64,000 nt of DNA. Origin: Halocafeteria seosinensis (lineage: Eukaryota). The position numbers were made by a program, and so were the translations under genes. Under the pieces are notes generated by a model. That model did not search any database. It had not been told where the DNA came from and saw only the letters and a program-made list of their open reading frames with translations. Positions 12,203 to 25,639 of the stretch are shown one piece after another. The DNA lies in the NCBI GenBank assembly GCA_001687465.1, contig LVLI01000154.1:1-64000 (forward strand), read 5' to 3'. Within the stretch, counting starts at the first letter, position 1. Every line of letters starts with the position of its first letter.

Positions 12203-15200
12203 ATGGAGAACGACACGAGCATGAATGGAAAAGGAGTTGAGGAGGAGCATGGCCCTGACACCTCGACTGATAACTCTATCCCTGCTTCGGCAAAAACTAC
12301 TGGATACGAAGAGACCCATTCAAGAGTTAGTAAAGCTCCTGCCAGTCAAGATAGCGAAGCGTCTATGGAAGATGCGTACCCTAAAGTGATCGTAACATCC
12401 GGCTCTGTAGACTCGGCGAATCAACCTTCGTCCCCTGGCACAGACTCTCTACAACAAGCTGGATCTTTCAGCCTTTGCGTCGGAGGCGTCCTCGGCGGTG
12501 TTACATATAATGACTTGCTTGATAAATTTCCTGGCATGGAGTTTCCTAGGTCGGCTAACCAAAGCGCAGCAGTAGCTACACAACTTACTAATCACCCACC
12601 TATGGAGAAAGGTGCTTCACTCCCTGGCACTGTGGAGAAATACCCGTACAAGCCTCCGCGGATCGATGGTGTAAGGTACCAGGTACAGCCGCCCCCTCTG
12701 CTAGACAACACGCCATATACACAGGAGTTTGGATATGTGAAACCGGGATCCGAATCTTCTGCTTCACACCGGCCTAAGGATGAAATGTTGAGTGAGGCCA
12801 TCCAAGAAGAGAAGAAACGAGTCCGTCCGCCTAATCTCAACGGTAAGCCCTTATCATATCATATCATGCCATCTGGTTCATTGTTGCCAATCATTCTGGC
12901 GTTATCATGCAGTTCCGCTTTCGCGTTCAAAAACGAAGGTGGGAAAAGGCAAGAAAATTAGAACGCTTTTCCAACCGGAGTGGCCGACTGACGCAGCGGA
13001 AATCCCGGATATCAACAAGTACCCGTCGGCATCCGCATCGCTCTCAGAGGAAGAACGCTGGGACCCTTCTCGTTGTAGTACAAAGGCAAAATGGAACGAA
13101 GGTATGATAAAGCTCAATAATGGCCTCCTGCTCTCTGGTTCATTAGTTGTTCTTCGTTTCATTCTCGACAACAGTTGAAGACTGGATACGATTTGCCCGT
13201 CAAGTCCTGCATCTGCGTGGAAACGGGGCGGATAGTGATGGGAATGACTATCATCGACAAAAGCAACACGAATTCTTCAACCAAGCAAAAGATGCATACG
13301 GAATCAGCTTCGAGTTTGGAACGGAACCGCCAGATAAATGGGACGAAAAGATTCTGGCTTTTCTGCATGACTGTGACTATGATGTCCCAAGAGCCAAGTT
13401 GCAACTTGTTTCACAAGTCGGCGGTGGCTTTGAGTTCGCCACGCTCTCCTGTACGGACACGCTTTGCGGCGAGCGTCTCCACGGCAGAATGGATAACAGT
13501 TCCAGTGCTAGCACTCCAGGTACAGTCCCTATGTCTTCCGGTACAGCTTCGATGACACAACCTGCGGCTTCCCAGAACCGTGGGCAATCTGTCACGCGAT
13601 CTACACAAGAAGATACTTTAGAAGTGAGTGGTCAATCTGGTCTAGAAAAACTGAAAGGTCTTGTCGGCCTCCGGCCCCTAGCTGACACAGATCCAGTTAC
13701 GGAACTTTACGAGACTGGAAAGAGGCGTCTACACAAGGTGAATGAGTTTATCGATACTGAAATGTCGGAGAGCACGCTGGTACAGGAGTGGACCGACTGG
13801 GCTAATGAGCTGCAAAAGCTTTTGAAAAGTAAGAATGCACTTAAGTGGGATGTCCTTGTCGAAATGCGAGAAAGAGCGCTGGGGCTACGACCGCTAAACC
13901 GATTTAGCAGTGGGGGTGCGAACGCCCAGCTAGCCAGACGAGCGAACGAGTATGCAGACGAGTTGGCGAAACGATTGGCAGCGGCTACCCGTTGGCGAGC
14001 AAAAGTCCGCGATGCATTGAGCAGAATTCATGAAAAGTTTGACTACTCAGCGTTTGAAAGCTTAGCACTTCAGTCCAATCAGCTCTGGGTAAAATTACCT
14101 GAACAACCTATAGTTACCAGGATCTACAAAGCGTGCCAGCGAGCGAAACGCGAAGCAGAACAAATGATATTTGAAGCTGCGAAAGCGGCCGCGTTTGCAA
14201 GGCAGCGACATGCCGTCTATACTGAACGCTTTGCCGCGTTCCGTGTGGCTTCGTCGCATTCCAAGAGGTCTAGGATGTCGATGGGTTCAGGACAAACGCA
14301 CGATGAGAATTTGAGCTCTGCAGATTTTAGTGGTGACAGCTATGCAAGTTCGTCAATTAGTCAGGCTCCTAAGATGGAATGCGTCGACAGTCGGGACCAA
14401 GATGTTAGAACGGAGCAGTGTATGCTTTCCAACTGTTTAACATGGGAAGATTTTGTGAAAGTGGCTGCTGCTAACTTTTCAGCGTCTAGTATCGCATCTT
14501 CCATCTACGGCCCTCCACCATATCTTGAGGAAGATGGGGACGTGTCTGAACCCCCAAGGCTTCCTCCTGCGCCCAAACCTGTATCAATTGCTTCAATGCG
14601 GAGCATGCTGAGTAAGCTGGAGAGATTGCCAGTGAAGTTTACGGAGACGGACATAATAGCTCGGCGGCTAAAACACGTGGAAGACTTAGCTCAGCGAATT
14701 AGTGCATTATTTCCCAAACATGTGTACCATAGCTCGGGACCCTCCGGCAAGCGGGTATCACAGGCGCATATGCTATCGTCTGTACCAAGATGGGCATCAA
14801 ATTGTAGGTTTCCTGTAGCTCGTGAGGTGTTCCCAGATCGATCGAAAGAGGATGAAAACAAAGTATTACCACAGAGCAGCAGTGCTGCCACTGATACTAG
14901 TGATGAACAGGATCCCGGGAAATGGATGGAAGAGTCGCTGGGAACTGGAGCGAGCTCTCGCGGTACAAATCTTGGCGGAGGATGTGCTTACGTCTCATAC
15001 CATTCTCCAGAATCTGGCGGAGCAGTGGCTACTGCCGGTGGGACTAGTTTTGCAGCACAGCTGGGTAAGCAAGGTGGGGCGACTGGTTCGTCTGTGCACG
15101 TGGCGGCTTCGAGTGATGGAAATAGCTTTACCACAGAGAACCCATCGGCCACAACAGAGAAGGATTCTACGAAGACAGGTGCTGAAAAAAGCACCTCCAA

Positions 15201-18200
15201 AGAAGACGGTGATAACTTGCCTAATATAGTGTCGAGTCGACAATTGGGTTTCAAGGAAGACTACAGACTCGGTCGCATCCCGATTGAGCATCTGTTGGCT
15301 CTGGCGACAGACGTTGAGGACTGTGGAGTTGGTTTTCGGGAAGGAGTGCTCATTACACATTACGCAAGCATATCAAGAGAGTGGCGACGGCGTTGCTCCA
15401 CCTTATTTTCGAGTCCTTTCTCACCTCAACTTAGTGAAATACAGAGCATGATTGAAGACGCAGAAGCGAGTCCCGTCGATTTTAGTGAAGACGTGGCTTC
15501 CTTAAGGGACGAGGTTTTGAAAGCTGCTAAATGGTTGTTATGCGTCCGGTCCGTCATCAGTTTGCTTCATGCTGCTGGTAATGGGGCGACTACGCACGAG
15601 CAAGCCCGAGACATGAAAAACCCTGGTAACACGACAAACAAGGCCACTCTTGCAAACAGTATTGAAGGGGCCCAACGGAAAGCTGGTTCGGATAAGAGTA
15701 AACTGAAGGCGGATTCGCTGTCGTTAGCGAAGGAAGCTATCACTTGCATGAAGGACGGTGGTTGTCCACGGATGCCGAAAGAGCTTGTTCCGTTGGAGAA
15801 GCTCGTTGGCACGGCTGAGGAATGGAGAAAGAAGGTGCGAGAGTGTATCCGAGTTGTAGACACAGACGAGAATGCCGTCGAACTTTGCTTGCAACTCCTT
15901 AGTGAGGGAGCTTGTATTCCTGTGGCTATGAGAGAGTATGGCATGTTGCTAAGTGAGCTGAGGGTTCGGTGGTGGTCTAGACGAGCCCAACAGTTACTAG
16001 AGGACTCTGAACCGTCCTTGCAGAGTCTGAAACGATGTTTAGAGGAACTCGAGGCTATAAAGGTAGCCGCTAAGAACATGCAAACTCATGCATATTCAAG
16101 TGACGCAGCATGCCTTGCTGCAGCATCCGGGTTGGATAAGGAATTGGGGCTGGACAAGGTTCTCCGAGAGAAATACCGAGAGAAGGGTCTCCTAGTTAAG
16201 GATAAAGCTGAAGAAGGTACATCGCAGGAGCAAGCCGCAGGTGAAGCTTCCTCAGTTAGTTCCCAAGTCGAGCAGCCGGAAGGTGGCGCGGAGGCACAGT
16301 TTCAACCAACAGAGAACACCGCTGAGGACGGGCCATCTACCAGAGGATCAAGGCGCACTGGGCGCAGGATAGAGGCGGATGGGGAAGTGCAAAGCTCTGG
16401 GGCTAGGAAAGAGGGTGACAGCGAGTCCAGATCGAGAGATAGATCAAGCAAGGAGGAGGTCTCTTTGGATATGAGTGATGCTTCATGGTGGCTCGCTCCT
16501 GTGGAAGAGTACCGCGTTTCAGATAGAATCGAACGTTGCGAACATTGGATTAAACAAGCTTCAAGAGCGCTGCAAACCAGACCTAAAATGGAAACTGTCA
16601 ACGAGTTGCTTGAGGGGCGCTCGAGCTGGGTGACCGATATGGACCCATATATCCGGCGTTTGGAAGTGCTAAAAAAAGAAGGTGAAGGATGGTTTTATTC
16701 GGCTGTACCGGTCCTCTCTAGAGTCGCAAGTTGCTTAGAGGAAGTGCCTTTTACAGGGCGTTCCCGTCTTCCTCCCCCAAATGGCGTTATACTGTCTTAC
16801 AGGAAGCTATTAGAGGAATACAGGTCCACACTCCAACTAAGTGTAGTACCCTCAGCAGAATTGTTGCTGCAGAAGGCCCAAAGTAGATGCGATACTTGGC
16901 TTCGCACTGTAGCATCGGCATTTGATAGCGCGTTTGATGACCATCAGCTAAATCCATCTCCATTTTTGGAGTTAGCGCGGCGTTATGCAAGGTCCACCAG
17001 TACGAGTAAGACTGCAAATAAAGGAGCAAGGTCAAAGAAAAAAGGTTCGCGGAAGAAGTCCAGTAAGAAAAAGGATGCACCAATCGAATCGGAGCTCGAA
17101 AATTTACAGCACAGTAGAGTATGTGATACATGGGTCATGGGTATCGAAGTGGAGGAATTAGCAGAGGCCGCCAGTGGAGATTATGTAGTAGAGAACGCTC
17201 CCATACATTTCGGACGGGAGCTGCGATTGGACGAAATTTTGCCTGCTATTGAAGGAGAGTTGCAAGGGCAAGATGCACAGCAAGACTCCTTGAGCAAGGA
17301 GGTACACACGCTCCTGAATGAGCTGTCACTCTCCCAATCGGAGGAAGAGGTTCAAGCGACGAGGTCTAAGGAGGAGGTCATCCGAAAGCTTGCTGGCTAC
17401 TCTCACCATATTCCTGTAAATGTGGGTGCTGCGCAAGCTTGGCTCTACAAACACCTTAATTTGAGCTCCGTATGGAAAGCCTACCTTCTTGCGAAATTAA
17501 GGCAGCATAACCTGTTTTCAGAAGTGAGCTCTTTTTCTCCTACAGAGGTTTTAAGATGCTTTTTGGAACAAAGCAGAACGAGAAAACTCTTACTTGAAAT
17601 TTCCCGTCTGAAGGCGAATATATGTGTTTCTTCGAACGAAGAAACTGTAGTGTCCTGCGCCGTAGCATTTCATGACTGGAATTGCCGTGTTGTTGACATT
17701 GTTGATAAATTCGACCGAGTCATTGCCGTCATTGAAAAGAACTGCAACCAATTCCACACACTATTGAGTAGTCCGTTTGACGGCGACTCAGAAGGCGGCT
17801 CTGAAGATGGAAGCATAGGAGAGGGAGAGGATGAAAACAGTAGCATGCCAAGGTCAAGGAGAACAAGAAGGAAATCGCAAAAATATGAAGAAGCTTTGGA
17901 ATTTTTGCGTCCTGGTTCCAACCCGAAATCTACTGCGGGACAGGATACACGCACGGACGATTCTCGCGAGGAGGCAGTGAGTCAACAGACTAATGGAGGT
18001 GCTTTAAGATCTTTGTGTTCTTCTCTACGATCGTTGCCACAGCAACAAGTAGAGGTCCTCACAGCACTAGAAGGTATTTCCTCTGTGTGCGACATTACTG
18101 AACAGAAGTTCCGAGACTTCTCCTTGGGATGGATGGAAGTCTCTCGAGCGTTCGAGACTCAACCTCTGGAGTTAAGTCCTGTGTCAGCAAGTGAATCCGA

Positions 18201-21200
18201 GAAGGAAAGTATCAAAAAGCTTTCGCTCGGCGACATTACCCTTGAAGCGATAGAGAAAGAAACCATTGATGATTTACTTTCAGATGGAGAGTCTGTGCTG
18301 TCACGCATCCAAAACTATCTGAATTGGGATCGTTTTGATGTAGATGAGAATCCTCAGATGACTAGGCTCAGTTCTTTAGAACAGCACTACGACACCTGGG
18401 AGACAACTGTATGGAAACGTCTGGCGTCAACACCAGGGCAAGATTCCTCGAATACACAAGGGGTAAATGGTTTGTCTTTGCCTTTTGTATTTGCTCTAAC
18501 GGCTGTTGGCGTGGAGTTGAAGACATTTGACTCTGTGTTTATGACTCTACAAACTGGACTACGAAGATTCTTTTCCTGGGCAAGGCGGTGCGCGCTGATG
18601 ATGGATAGAGCGCAGCTTCAATCCCTACTTTCAACGAAGAAATGGCGATCAAACGATCAGACCGGTATTTCCCAGATGGAGTTTGAAAAACATGTGATGC
18701 TTCGGTTTTCTGATACTTCTCCGAATGACCATACCTCTGAACGTACTTTAGCAAACTTACAGAAACTGAGGGACTATTATGATCGCTATATTCCGTTCAC
18801 TTTGGTCTTTGGGGAGCAACTAAAACAGGAAACGGAGAAGGCAGAACAATGGTTTGAAACCGTGAGCAAAACTGGTTTACAGAGTGGTGAAGAGATTGAC
18901 AAGAAACTTGTCCAGTCATTGCTTCGTCAAGGACCAGAGTTGTTGGTGGCATGTGAATCGTCGATGAATTTGTTAAGGAATGCTACACTTCCGCAGTGCA
19001 TTTGTCGACGGCCATGGAGTGGGTCGATGCTACAATGTGGAAGCTGCAAAATGTTTTTTCATAGTGACTGCTTCAATCGAACTAAAGATGAGTGCCAAAC
19101 ACTTCTGGAACGAAGCAAGAACCGAACTCGTGCCTTCAACAGACTAATCACCGGGAAAAATTCGTTCGAAGCGGTGAAAGGGATACTTCCAGAAGGCGAG
19201 TCGAATACAGAGAATGGAGCTCTGGAAGACTGGAAATGTCCCGAATGTTTAGCGCATGCTGGCATAAATGCCGCGATTGTGAAGTGCTGCTGGAGTTTGA
19301 GCCTGCTTCATTCTGAAATCAAGGAGGAAAGGGTTCAGCTCACCCGAGGTCCGCCTTCCAACCAAAGTTTACGTGACTCTGTTGAAAGCACTGTTGCAGC
19401 GTCCCAAGCAGCAGTCACTGAGAACGACGCCAGTAAAGCCACCGAAAAATTGCATCAAGTAAGCACGACCTCTTCTCTAGATTGGCTGTGCTGCGTGGAG
19501 GACGTTCTATCTGCTTTCTCGAAGGCCCCCTCGAGTGACTCACCACATTACGAAAACGTTTGTCGTGGACAGCGGTGGTTGCTCGAGGAAGAGGAGGATG
19601 CAAAGCACGGTGAAACCACTGCTCCTGTTGGGCATAAAGATTCTTCGATTGTATCTCCCCAACACATTGAGACGCTGATCGCCACAGGAGCCCGACGTGG
19701 AGTTTACTCTCTTAATGGTAATGGTATGAGCTCTGGAGAGACGTCAACGGCTTCAGCTGATTCCATTTCAGAGGATGCGATCTTATGGTCCGTTCTTGGA
19801 CACCAAGTATTGTTCGATAACCCACCCCGGTTTATCTCCCGTCTAGCTCACATCGTGAAAGTTAAAAAAGAAGAAGACGGGTCCACGGTAAGAGCCTGGG
19901 AGAATACCATAACGCATGCTATGGAAGGTTTCCATGACGCTGGTCGCGAGGAGAGGAGTTCAAGGATAGCAGAAGATGCCGGTATCAAAGCAGTTGCTTT
20001 CGTCGGAAATGAGGTGCGCGAAGCGGACTATCCTCAAAAGATTGCCCATGTGCTAAGGTGTTTGCGACTACTAGTGTGGTATACACGATTCCGGGATAGC
20101 CTGAAGTCGTGCGTGGATGAAAGAGAGATCCACAGGTGTCTTTTGTCTGCAATTGTTTTCCGCCTACCGTCGGTGTATTCCGGGCCGTTTACGCCATTTG
20201 ACCCCCTACATAATTTAAGAGGCAGCTCCATGTCTGCTAATTGGGATACTCTGCTGTCAAATCATACCTTCCTTCTATCCATTGGCTCAGTGCTATGCCA
20301 GGGCATGTGGTGGAGGCAAGAAGCGAAGCCGCTTCTACGCATGACAGGCCCGGTTTCAGTTAAGAAATATCAGAACTTGTTGATCCGTGCTAGGAATATA
20401 CCTATGCTACTTGCCGAGGAGCCTCAAGTAGAAAGCGTTGTCTTGGATGGCGGTCAGGCATACTGCATATGCGGTGGACTAAGCGATGGTCGCTTTATGA
20501 TTGCTTGTGAGTATTCCAGTCCTCATTGTAAACAATGGTACCACGCAGAATGTGTGGGTGTGCCTGTCCCTGAAACTAATGTGCCTTCTCCCGGCGAAAC
20601 CGTCGCGTCGAACATCCGCTCAGGGTTGCGTGCGAGCCATCGCATAATGCCTTCCGGGAATGAAAGCGACAAGTCTCAAGGCACCGACTTGCAAGAGGAA
20701 ATCGAGCAAGAGGACTTTAAGTGCCCAGTTTGTGCACTGGCTCACAAAGAAAACTACAAATATAAAGGAGCCCTTCCCCAGGAGTCCATCAGACTACTTC
20801 AGCAGTCTTTAGGCCCTGATGAAGTACATGAAGGGATGGGACATGCCAACGCCGCCAATTCGGGAAGTATACCGAACAAGAAGATCGGTTGTTGCTATGC
20901 CGCTGCCCAAGGTGTTGGTGTAAACGCTATGCCGTCCCGCCCTCAACCTTATTGCTTTCTACCACTCAGTGTCGGAATGAGCGAAGCAGCAGAGAAGAAT
21001 TCTCGCATTACTGTTGACGCTGGATCCGGTGCTCGTGAAAGAGTAGTTGTTGCGTTACCGTTCAATAATACTTGGCTGTCGCAATGCGCTCAGCCAGACG
21101 AAGGCACCTCTTGTTCCGTTTTGCAAAGGAACTATGGTCTTGTTCCGAACACTAAGAAGTTTTCCGAGCATCTCCGGCAGGCGCTTAGGGCGTCTGATCC

Positions 21201-21624
21201 ATCCTCTACTCGAAACAGTCTTCTCGACGTCGACGTATATTCCGATGGTGCACTGTTTCATATGATAAGGTCTCTTCAGCATGACCCCAGCTTCAGGAGC
21301 TTTGAGCCCTCTGACGCGGGTAAGCTGCTTGAAGAACTGGTGGAGACGGCAAAGTCGAGGAATGAGACAACTCTGTGGGTAGCCGGGGTCAGCGATGCTT
21401 GTGCTAGTCATTCGTCTACGATTGGGGGGGATGCCATTAACGACAGCATCCAACAGGGAATTATCGAGTACATTTACCATGTTGGTGGAGCAGATGCCGC
21501 ACTAGCTTACTGCGAAGGGTTGAAACAGTCTCGTCTGCCGGCATCCAAGAGGGGTAACGGTGAAACCGATGAGACCCCGACGTCTTCATCCAGTGAACGG
21601 CCGAAACGCCGTCGGCTTTCCTAG
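12203..21624 (+). CDS. Large chromatin protein: ELM2-like N-terminus, PLU-1-like helical repeats, two PHD fingers (~3,100 aa; two introns near 12843-12912 and 13102-13173)
   Basis: PPRIDGVRYQ and EKILAFLHDCDYDVPRA are ELM2-like. There are repeated W..K/R-type PLU-1-like helices. PHD1 is CICRRPWSGSMLQCGSCKMFFHSDC...WKCPEC; PHD2 is YCICGGLSDGRFMIACE...CKQWYHAEC...FKCPVC. Confidence 0.8.
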
Positions 21625-21852
21625 AGTACCAATGTTACGTATACTACACTACAGTCAATTAACACCTACCCTTGATTGTGCATACCGATTGTTTACATAT
21701 ATCCGTTGCACCAAACCGTTCTCAGGGCAAACAATAAGCGTGCAATCTTTTCATCGACTTAAGTTTTTGTCTGTGAAATTCTTGAGGTAGAAAAGCCACG
21801 TCGATCAGGGTCGATTTTAGCTATCATATAGTAGGTTGATTAGACATACAAG

Positions 21853-24102
21853 ATGGAGGACGAAAGAACAAAGCAATATTCTTCCTCATCCACCTCTTTT
21901 TCCGGGATGAAACTGGGTGGAGGGCGCCAAAATAGCTATGGTTCTTCCTCTTCCTCTAGAAGAAAGCGTACCGAACGAGGAAGTTCTTCCTCCTCACAGA
22001 GGCACTCCTCCTTCTTTAATGAAGCCGGCGATGATCATGAGGATGAGTCAAACAAGGTGTCGTATGTGTCTCAAATGTCGGGGCGAAAATTCAATGAAGA
22101 TGAAGAGAAAAAACGAGCTGAACGACTAGTGATCCCCATGCCGGCTCCTCGAACCAAGAGCAATGAGAGCGCTTCCACGCCATCCAATACACCCGGAGGG
22201 GGAAATTCCTCGGCACCCCTTGCTGAGGAAGAAGGAGCACCTAGTATGGTCCCCTCTCAGGGTGAATCGGCAGCCTCAGGAGCAGCCGCCACCGGAGGAA
22301 CCTCGTCGACGGCTTCACAGGAGAATGGCCATTCGAAGACACTACGCCTTCAGAAGGATCATAGTTGGTCTTCTGAGAACGGCGCACAACGTAATTTAGA
22401 TCGCCAGGCGGCGGAGGAACTCTTGCGGGAGCTCTCAGAAGAAGGGAATACTTCGAGGCAGCCGTCATCGCAGGCGAAAAAAACGATAGAAAGCACAACG
22501 AAGCATTCCCAGAATCAGAGTGGTTCGGAAGCTACTCAAACATACATTGATTGGTCCTCGGTAACTCATCAGCAAGACTTTCTCAAAGGGGATGAAACCC
22601 TAAAGAAGAAGCTGTTTGCCCAGCAGAAGCGACAGCTTAAGGGCGCTCAGGGACCAATGCTACTGCAGAATCGGGATTCCCCCGCTGCAGACCCCAATTC
22701 AGAGACATCTGTGAGAGAACAGCTCGCTTACAGGAGTGACCTCGATACTCTCCCCAATGACATGGAGGCATCGGCAGAAGCATACGCGAACGTCCCTATT
22801 GACGAATTCGGTGACGCCATGCTTAGAGGAATGGGAGCCACTGAGGAACAGTTGCGCAAGGAAGATGCAGAACAGTTTGTTGGTGCAAAACGACCGGCCA
22901 GACTAGGTCTTGGTTCAGAGGTTAACCCACTGAAACTAGAGGAAGAGGAGCAAAGGGCCAAGAATCGGAAGTACGTGAAACCAGGGGATAATCGCCAATC
23001 GGAGTCTATCAACAAGGTTTTCGCCGAGAGTCAGAAGGGAGACAAGAAGTCGAGTAGTACCTCGACGAGGTACTCTGGCAAAAATTCAACTTACCAAGTG
23101 GGCACAGTGGTTCGGATTATTCACGGTCGATGGAATGAACAAATTGCCCTGATCACCAAAGCCCAAGGCGTTCCCGGGTTAAATAAGATAGAAGTGCGTT
23201 TGATTAAGGACGAATCTGCACGTTTAGCAGAGGCGAAAGCAAAGGCCAGAAAAGAAGGCAAAGATCCTACTGCGGTCAGCATTCCTTCTGTAGATGATGA
23301 TATTCGCTCATTGAATCTGGAAGACACCGAGATTCGAAGAATCTCAAAGGATCAGTGTGTACTGTGGGAGCGCAAAGAAGGCTCCGACAATGAGTCTTCT
23401 GAAGCTGTTATCCAAGCTCTAAAAGGAGCAGAAGAAGAACATAGGCGAAATGAACGGGAAGAAGAACGATTGCGTCAACGACTTCAGGAGGAACGAGCGA
23501 AACAAAGCGCTGACAAAGATAATGCGCAGTTGAGGCAATTGAAGAGTGAAGCCTCAAATGAAAACGCACGTAATTCCCAAGAACAGTCCCGTGGTAAGCG
23601 AAGTAGATCCTATGATAAAGTGGGTGAAAGTAAGAGCAAAACAAGGAAAACCGATTCCTCCACCGCGAAGCCGGTAGCACCGAAAGAGAACTGGTTGTGG
23701 ACCGGTATCCGAGTAAGAGTAACGAAAAAGAGCTTCAAAGATGGAAAATATTACTTGTGCAAAGGATTAGTAACGCATATTGAAGCCCCAGGAATCGCAA
23801 CGATAAAAATGGACTGTACAGAAAGTGAGCAGATCGGAGGTGGGGTAGAGTTGCAGAAAGTATCCCAAAAATGGCTGGAAACCGTCGTTCCCAGGAAGAA
23901 GGACGAATCTTCTCGCTCATCTGGGCGCTCATCACGTTTAATGGTGGTCCGAGGAGAATCTGCTGGACAGAGAGGGATCCTACTTGAGCGGAACAAGAAG
24001 GATCAGAAGGTTGTCGCCCGCCTCGAAGATGATGAAGTATTGACACTCCCATTTGACTATGTTGCGGAAACCGCGACATTGAGGAATTCACAGCATAGAT
24101 AA
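21853..24102 (+). CDS. GPKOW: G-patch and KOW motif splicing factor (GPKOW/Spp2/MOS2 family)
   Basis: Spp2-type G-patch YANVPIDEFGDAMLRGMG...RPARLGLG; KOW motif VRIIHGR; C-terminal WL..GIRVRV...GKYY..KG.V...LETVVP. Confidence 0.9.
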   Translation: MEDERTKQYSSSSTSFSGMKLGGGRQNSYGSSSSSRRKRTERGSSSSSQRHSSFFNEAGDDHEDESNKVSYVSQMSGRKFNEDEEKKRAERLVIPMPAPRTKSNESASTPSNTPGGGNSSAPLAEEEGAPSMVPSQGESAASGAAATGGTSSTASQENGHSKTLRLQKDHSWSSENGAQRNLDRQAAEELLRELSEEGNTSRQPSSQAKKTIESTTKHSQNQSGSEATQTYIDWSSVTHQQDFLKGDETLKKKLFAQQKRQLKGAQGPMLLQNRDSPAADPNSETSVREQLAYRSDLDTLPNDMEASAEAYANVPIDEFGDAMLRGMGATEEQLRKEDAEQFVGAKRPARLGLGSEVNPLKLEEEEQRAKNRKYVKPGDNRQSESINKVFAESQKGDKKSSSTSTRYSGKNSTYQVGTVVRIIHGRWNEQIALITKAQGVPGLNKIEVRLIKDESARLAEAKAKARKEGKDPTAVSIPSVDDDIRSLNLEDTEIRRISKDQCVLWERKEGSDNESSEAVIQALKGAEEEHRRNEREEERLRQRLQEERAKQSADKDNAQLRQLKSEASNENARNSQEQSRGKRSRSYDKVGESKSKTRKTDSSTAKPVAPKENWLWTGIRVRVTKKSFKDGKYYLCKGLVTHIEAPGIATIKMDCTESEQIGGGVELQKVSQKWLETVVPRKKDESSRSSGRSSRLMVVRGESAGQRGILLERNKKDQKVVARLEDDEVLTLPFDYVAETATLRNSQHR

Positions 24103-25639
24103 AGAGAGGGGGGAACATCGTGAGTAGTTGCAGATCGGGTAGTAGTTGTCACTACTTCTTCAAGGGCTCTTCGAGTGCGTGCATTGTCGTAGTGTCCGAC
24201 GAACTGGATAGGGGCATTCCCAAAATCGTTCGTGTTCGCCACCAAGATATGCTCTAGCAGACAGCGCCGTTTCAGATTTAGAAAGGTTCATTTGGCATAT
24301 GATATAGAAGAAACGTGAATGTGCTCTCGTTACAGGTTCTAGCCTTCTGGCTCTACAGAGGATCTACCCACACCATATCCGATACCTGATTGTTGCTTGT
24401 TCAAGAAATGACGACAGGTTCTGCTGGCGGCTTTATTTTATACCTGTTCAACGCTTGCGTTTGACCACCGGTCCCTTGCGAAAGATACGACAACTTCTCG
24501 TTGTATATCAGCTAATCCCGTGAGCCAAACGCCAAGCTTCGACTCGTTTTACGTGTGCGTGAAGGTGATTATAAGTAAAACACTCTGGAGTAGCCCTTGT
24601 ACGTTTACAAAGCCTCTGCATTTGTAGAATCTACATCATCCCTTTTGGTACCCCTTGAAGACCGTTTTCGTCATTTCGGCAGCGGACTAGCTTGATCAGA
24701 ATGGAATACCACGGCAGAATTTCCGGAATTTCAGATATTTACCGGTAATTTCCGCAGAAACCGCCCACGGAAACAAAACAAGGATGAAGGTTAAGCTACT
24801 GCGAGCAGACTTTGAAAGCACCACTGTTGTCGATTATATCGAATGCCACCATAGGATTTCCACTTGTTCCACGTGCACTCCTGAATACAGCATTGGTTCG
24901 CCGCGGTCGAGTTCCACTTTCTCCGTCAACCGGTTAGTACCTAACAGCGATTTAGTTGAGCAATGACTAAGAGTAATGCCAACCCCGCGGGAGAATACCG
25001 TCAGTCCTTCACCATGGTATGATTTCTTGACGCACTCCCACGGTACCCTTCTGGAAATGGGAAAGAGCAAGGTTCCGGTTCCCTTACATTAGCGTCAGCA
25101 CCGGCCGGGGTCCCCTATGCAACATCCGTTGTACTCTGGCTAACGGGGGCCGCATGTCCCCTGTGGAACTAAAACATTGAAAGCTAACTGTTTTCGTGAA
25201 CTTTAATATGGGTGGTCAACATGTTCATCATGCCAGTCAAACTGTTCTCAGATTCTAGTCACTGTTGTTCGATCCGTACCGGTGACAGTGGTTGCGCTTT
25301 CTACGTACGAGTTCTGTGTCATACTATTCGAGAGGAGTCTCGGGGAAGGTAGGAGGATGGTAATACCCACGTTTTGACCCGCTTTCATGCTAGAAGTCAG
25401 TACATGTTAGCTACTGCTTTAAAACGAATATTAGTAGCTGTGAAAGTTTAGCGTCATTTCTTTCTAAGGAAGACAACAGTGATCGGCGAACCAGGTCCCA
25501 CGGGTGGACATCAGTCCTCCGGTTGGGTTCAGCTTCAGCGGAGCTGAAAAATGACTTACATGAGATCAATGCAACGTGGATCCCTCCTTCGGAACTGTGC
25601 ACATGCGTAAGCTCTGGATGTGAGGAGGGGGCCCGCCCT

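Noticed and set aside
24712..24770. GAA/TTC-rich tract (also 8948-8972) as heat-shock elements
   Set aside because: The spacing does not fit nGAAnnTTCn arrays.
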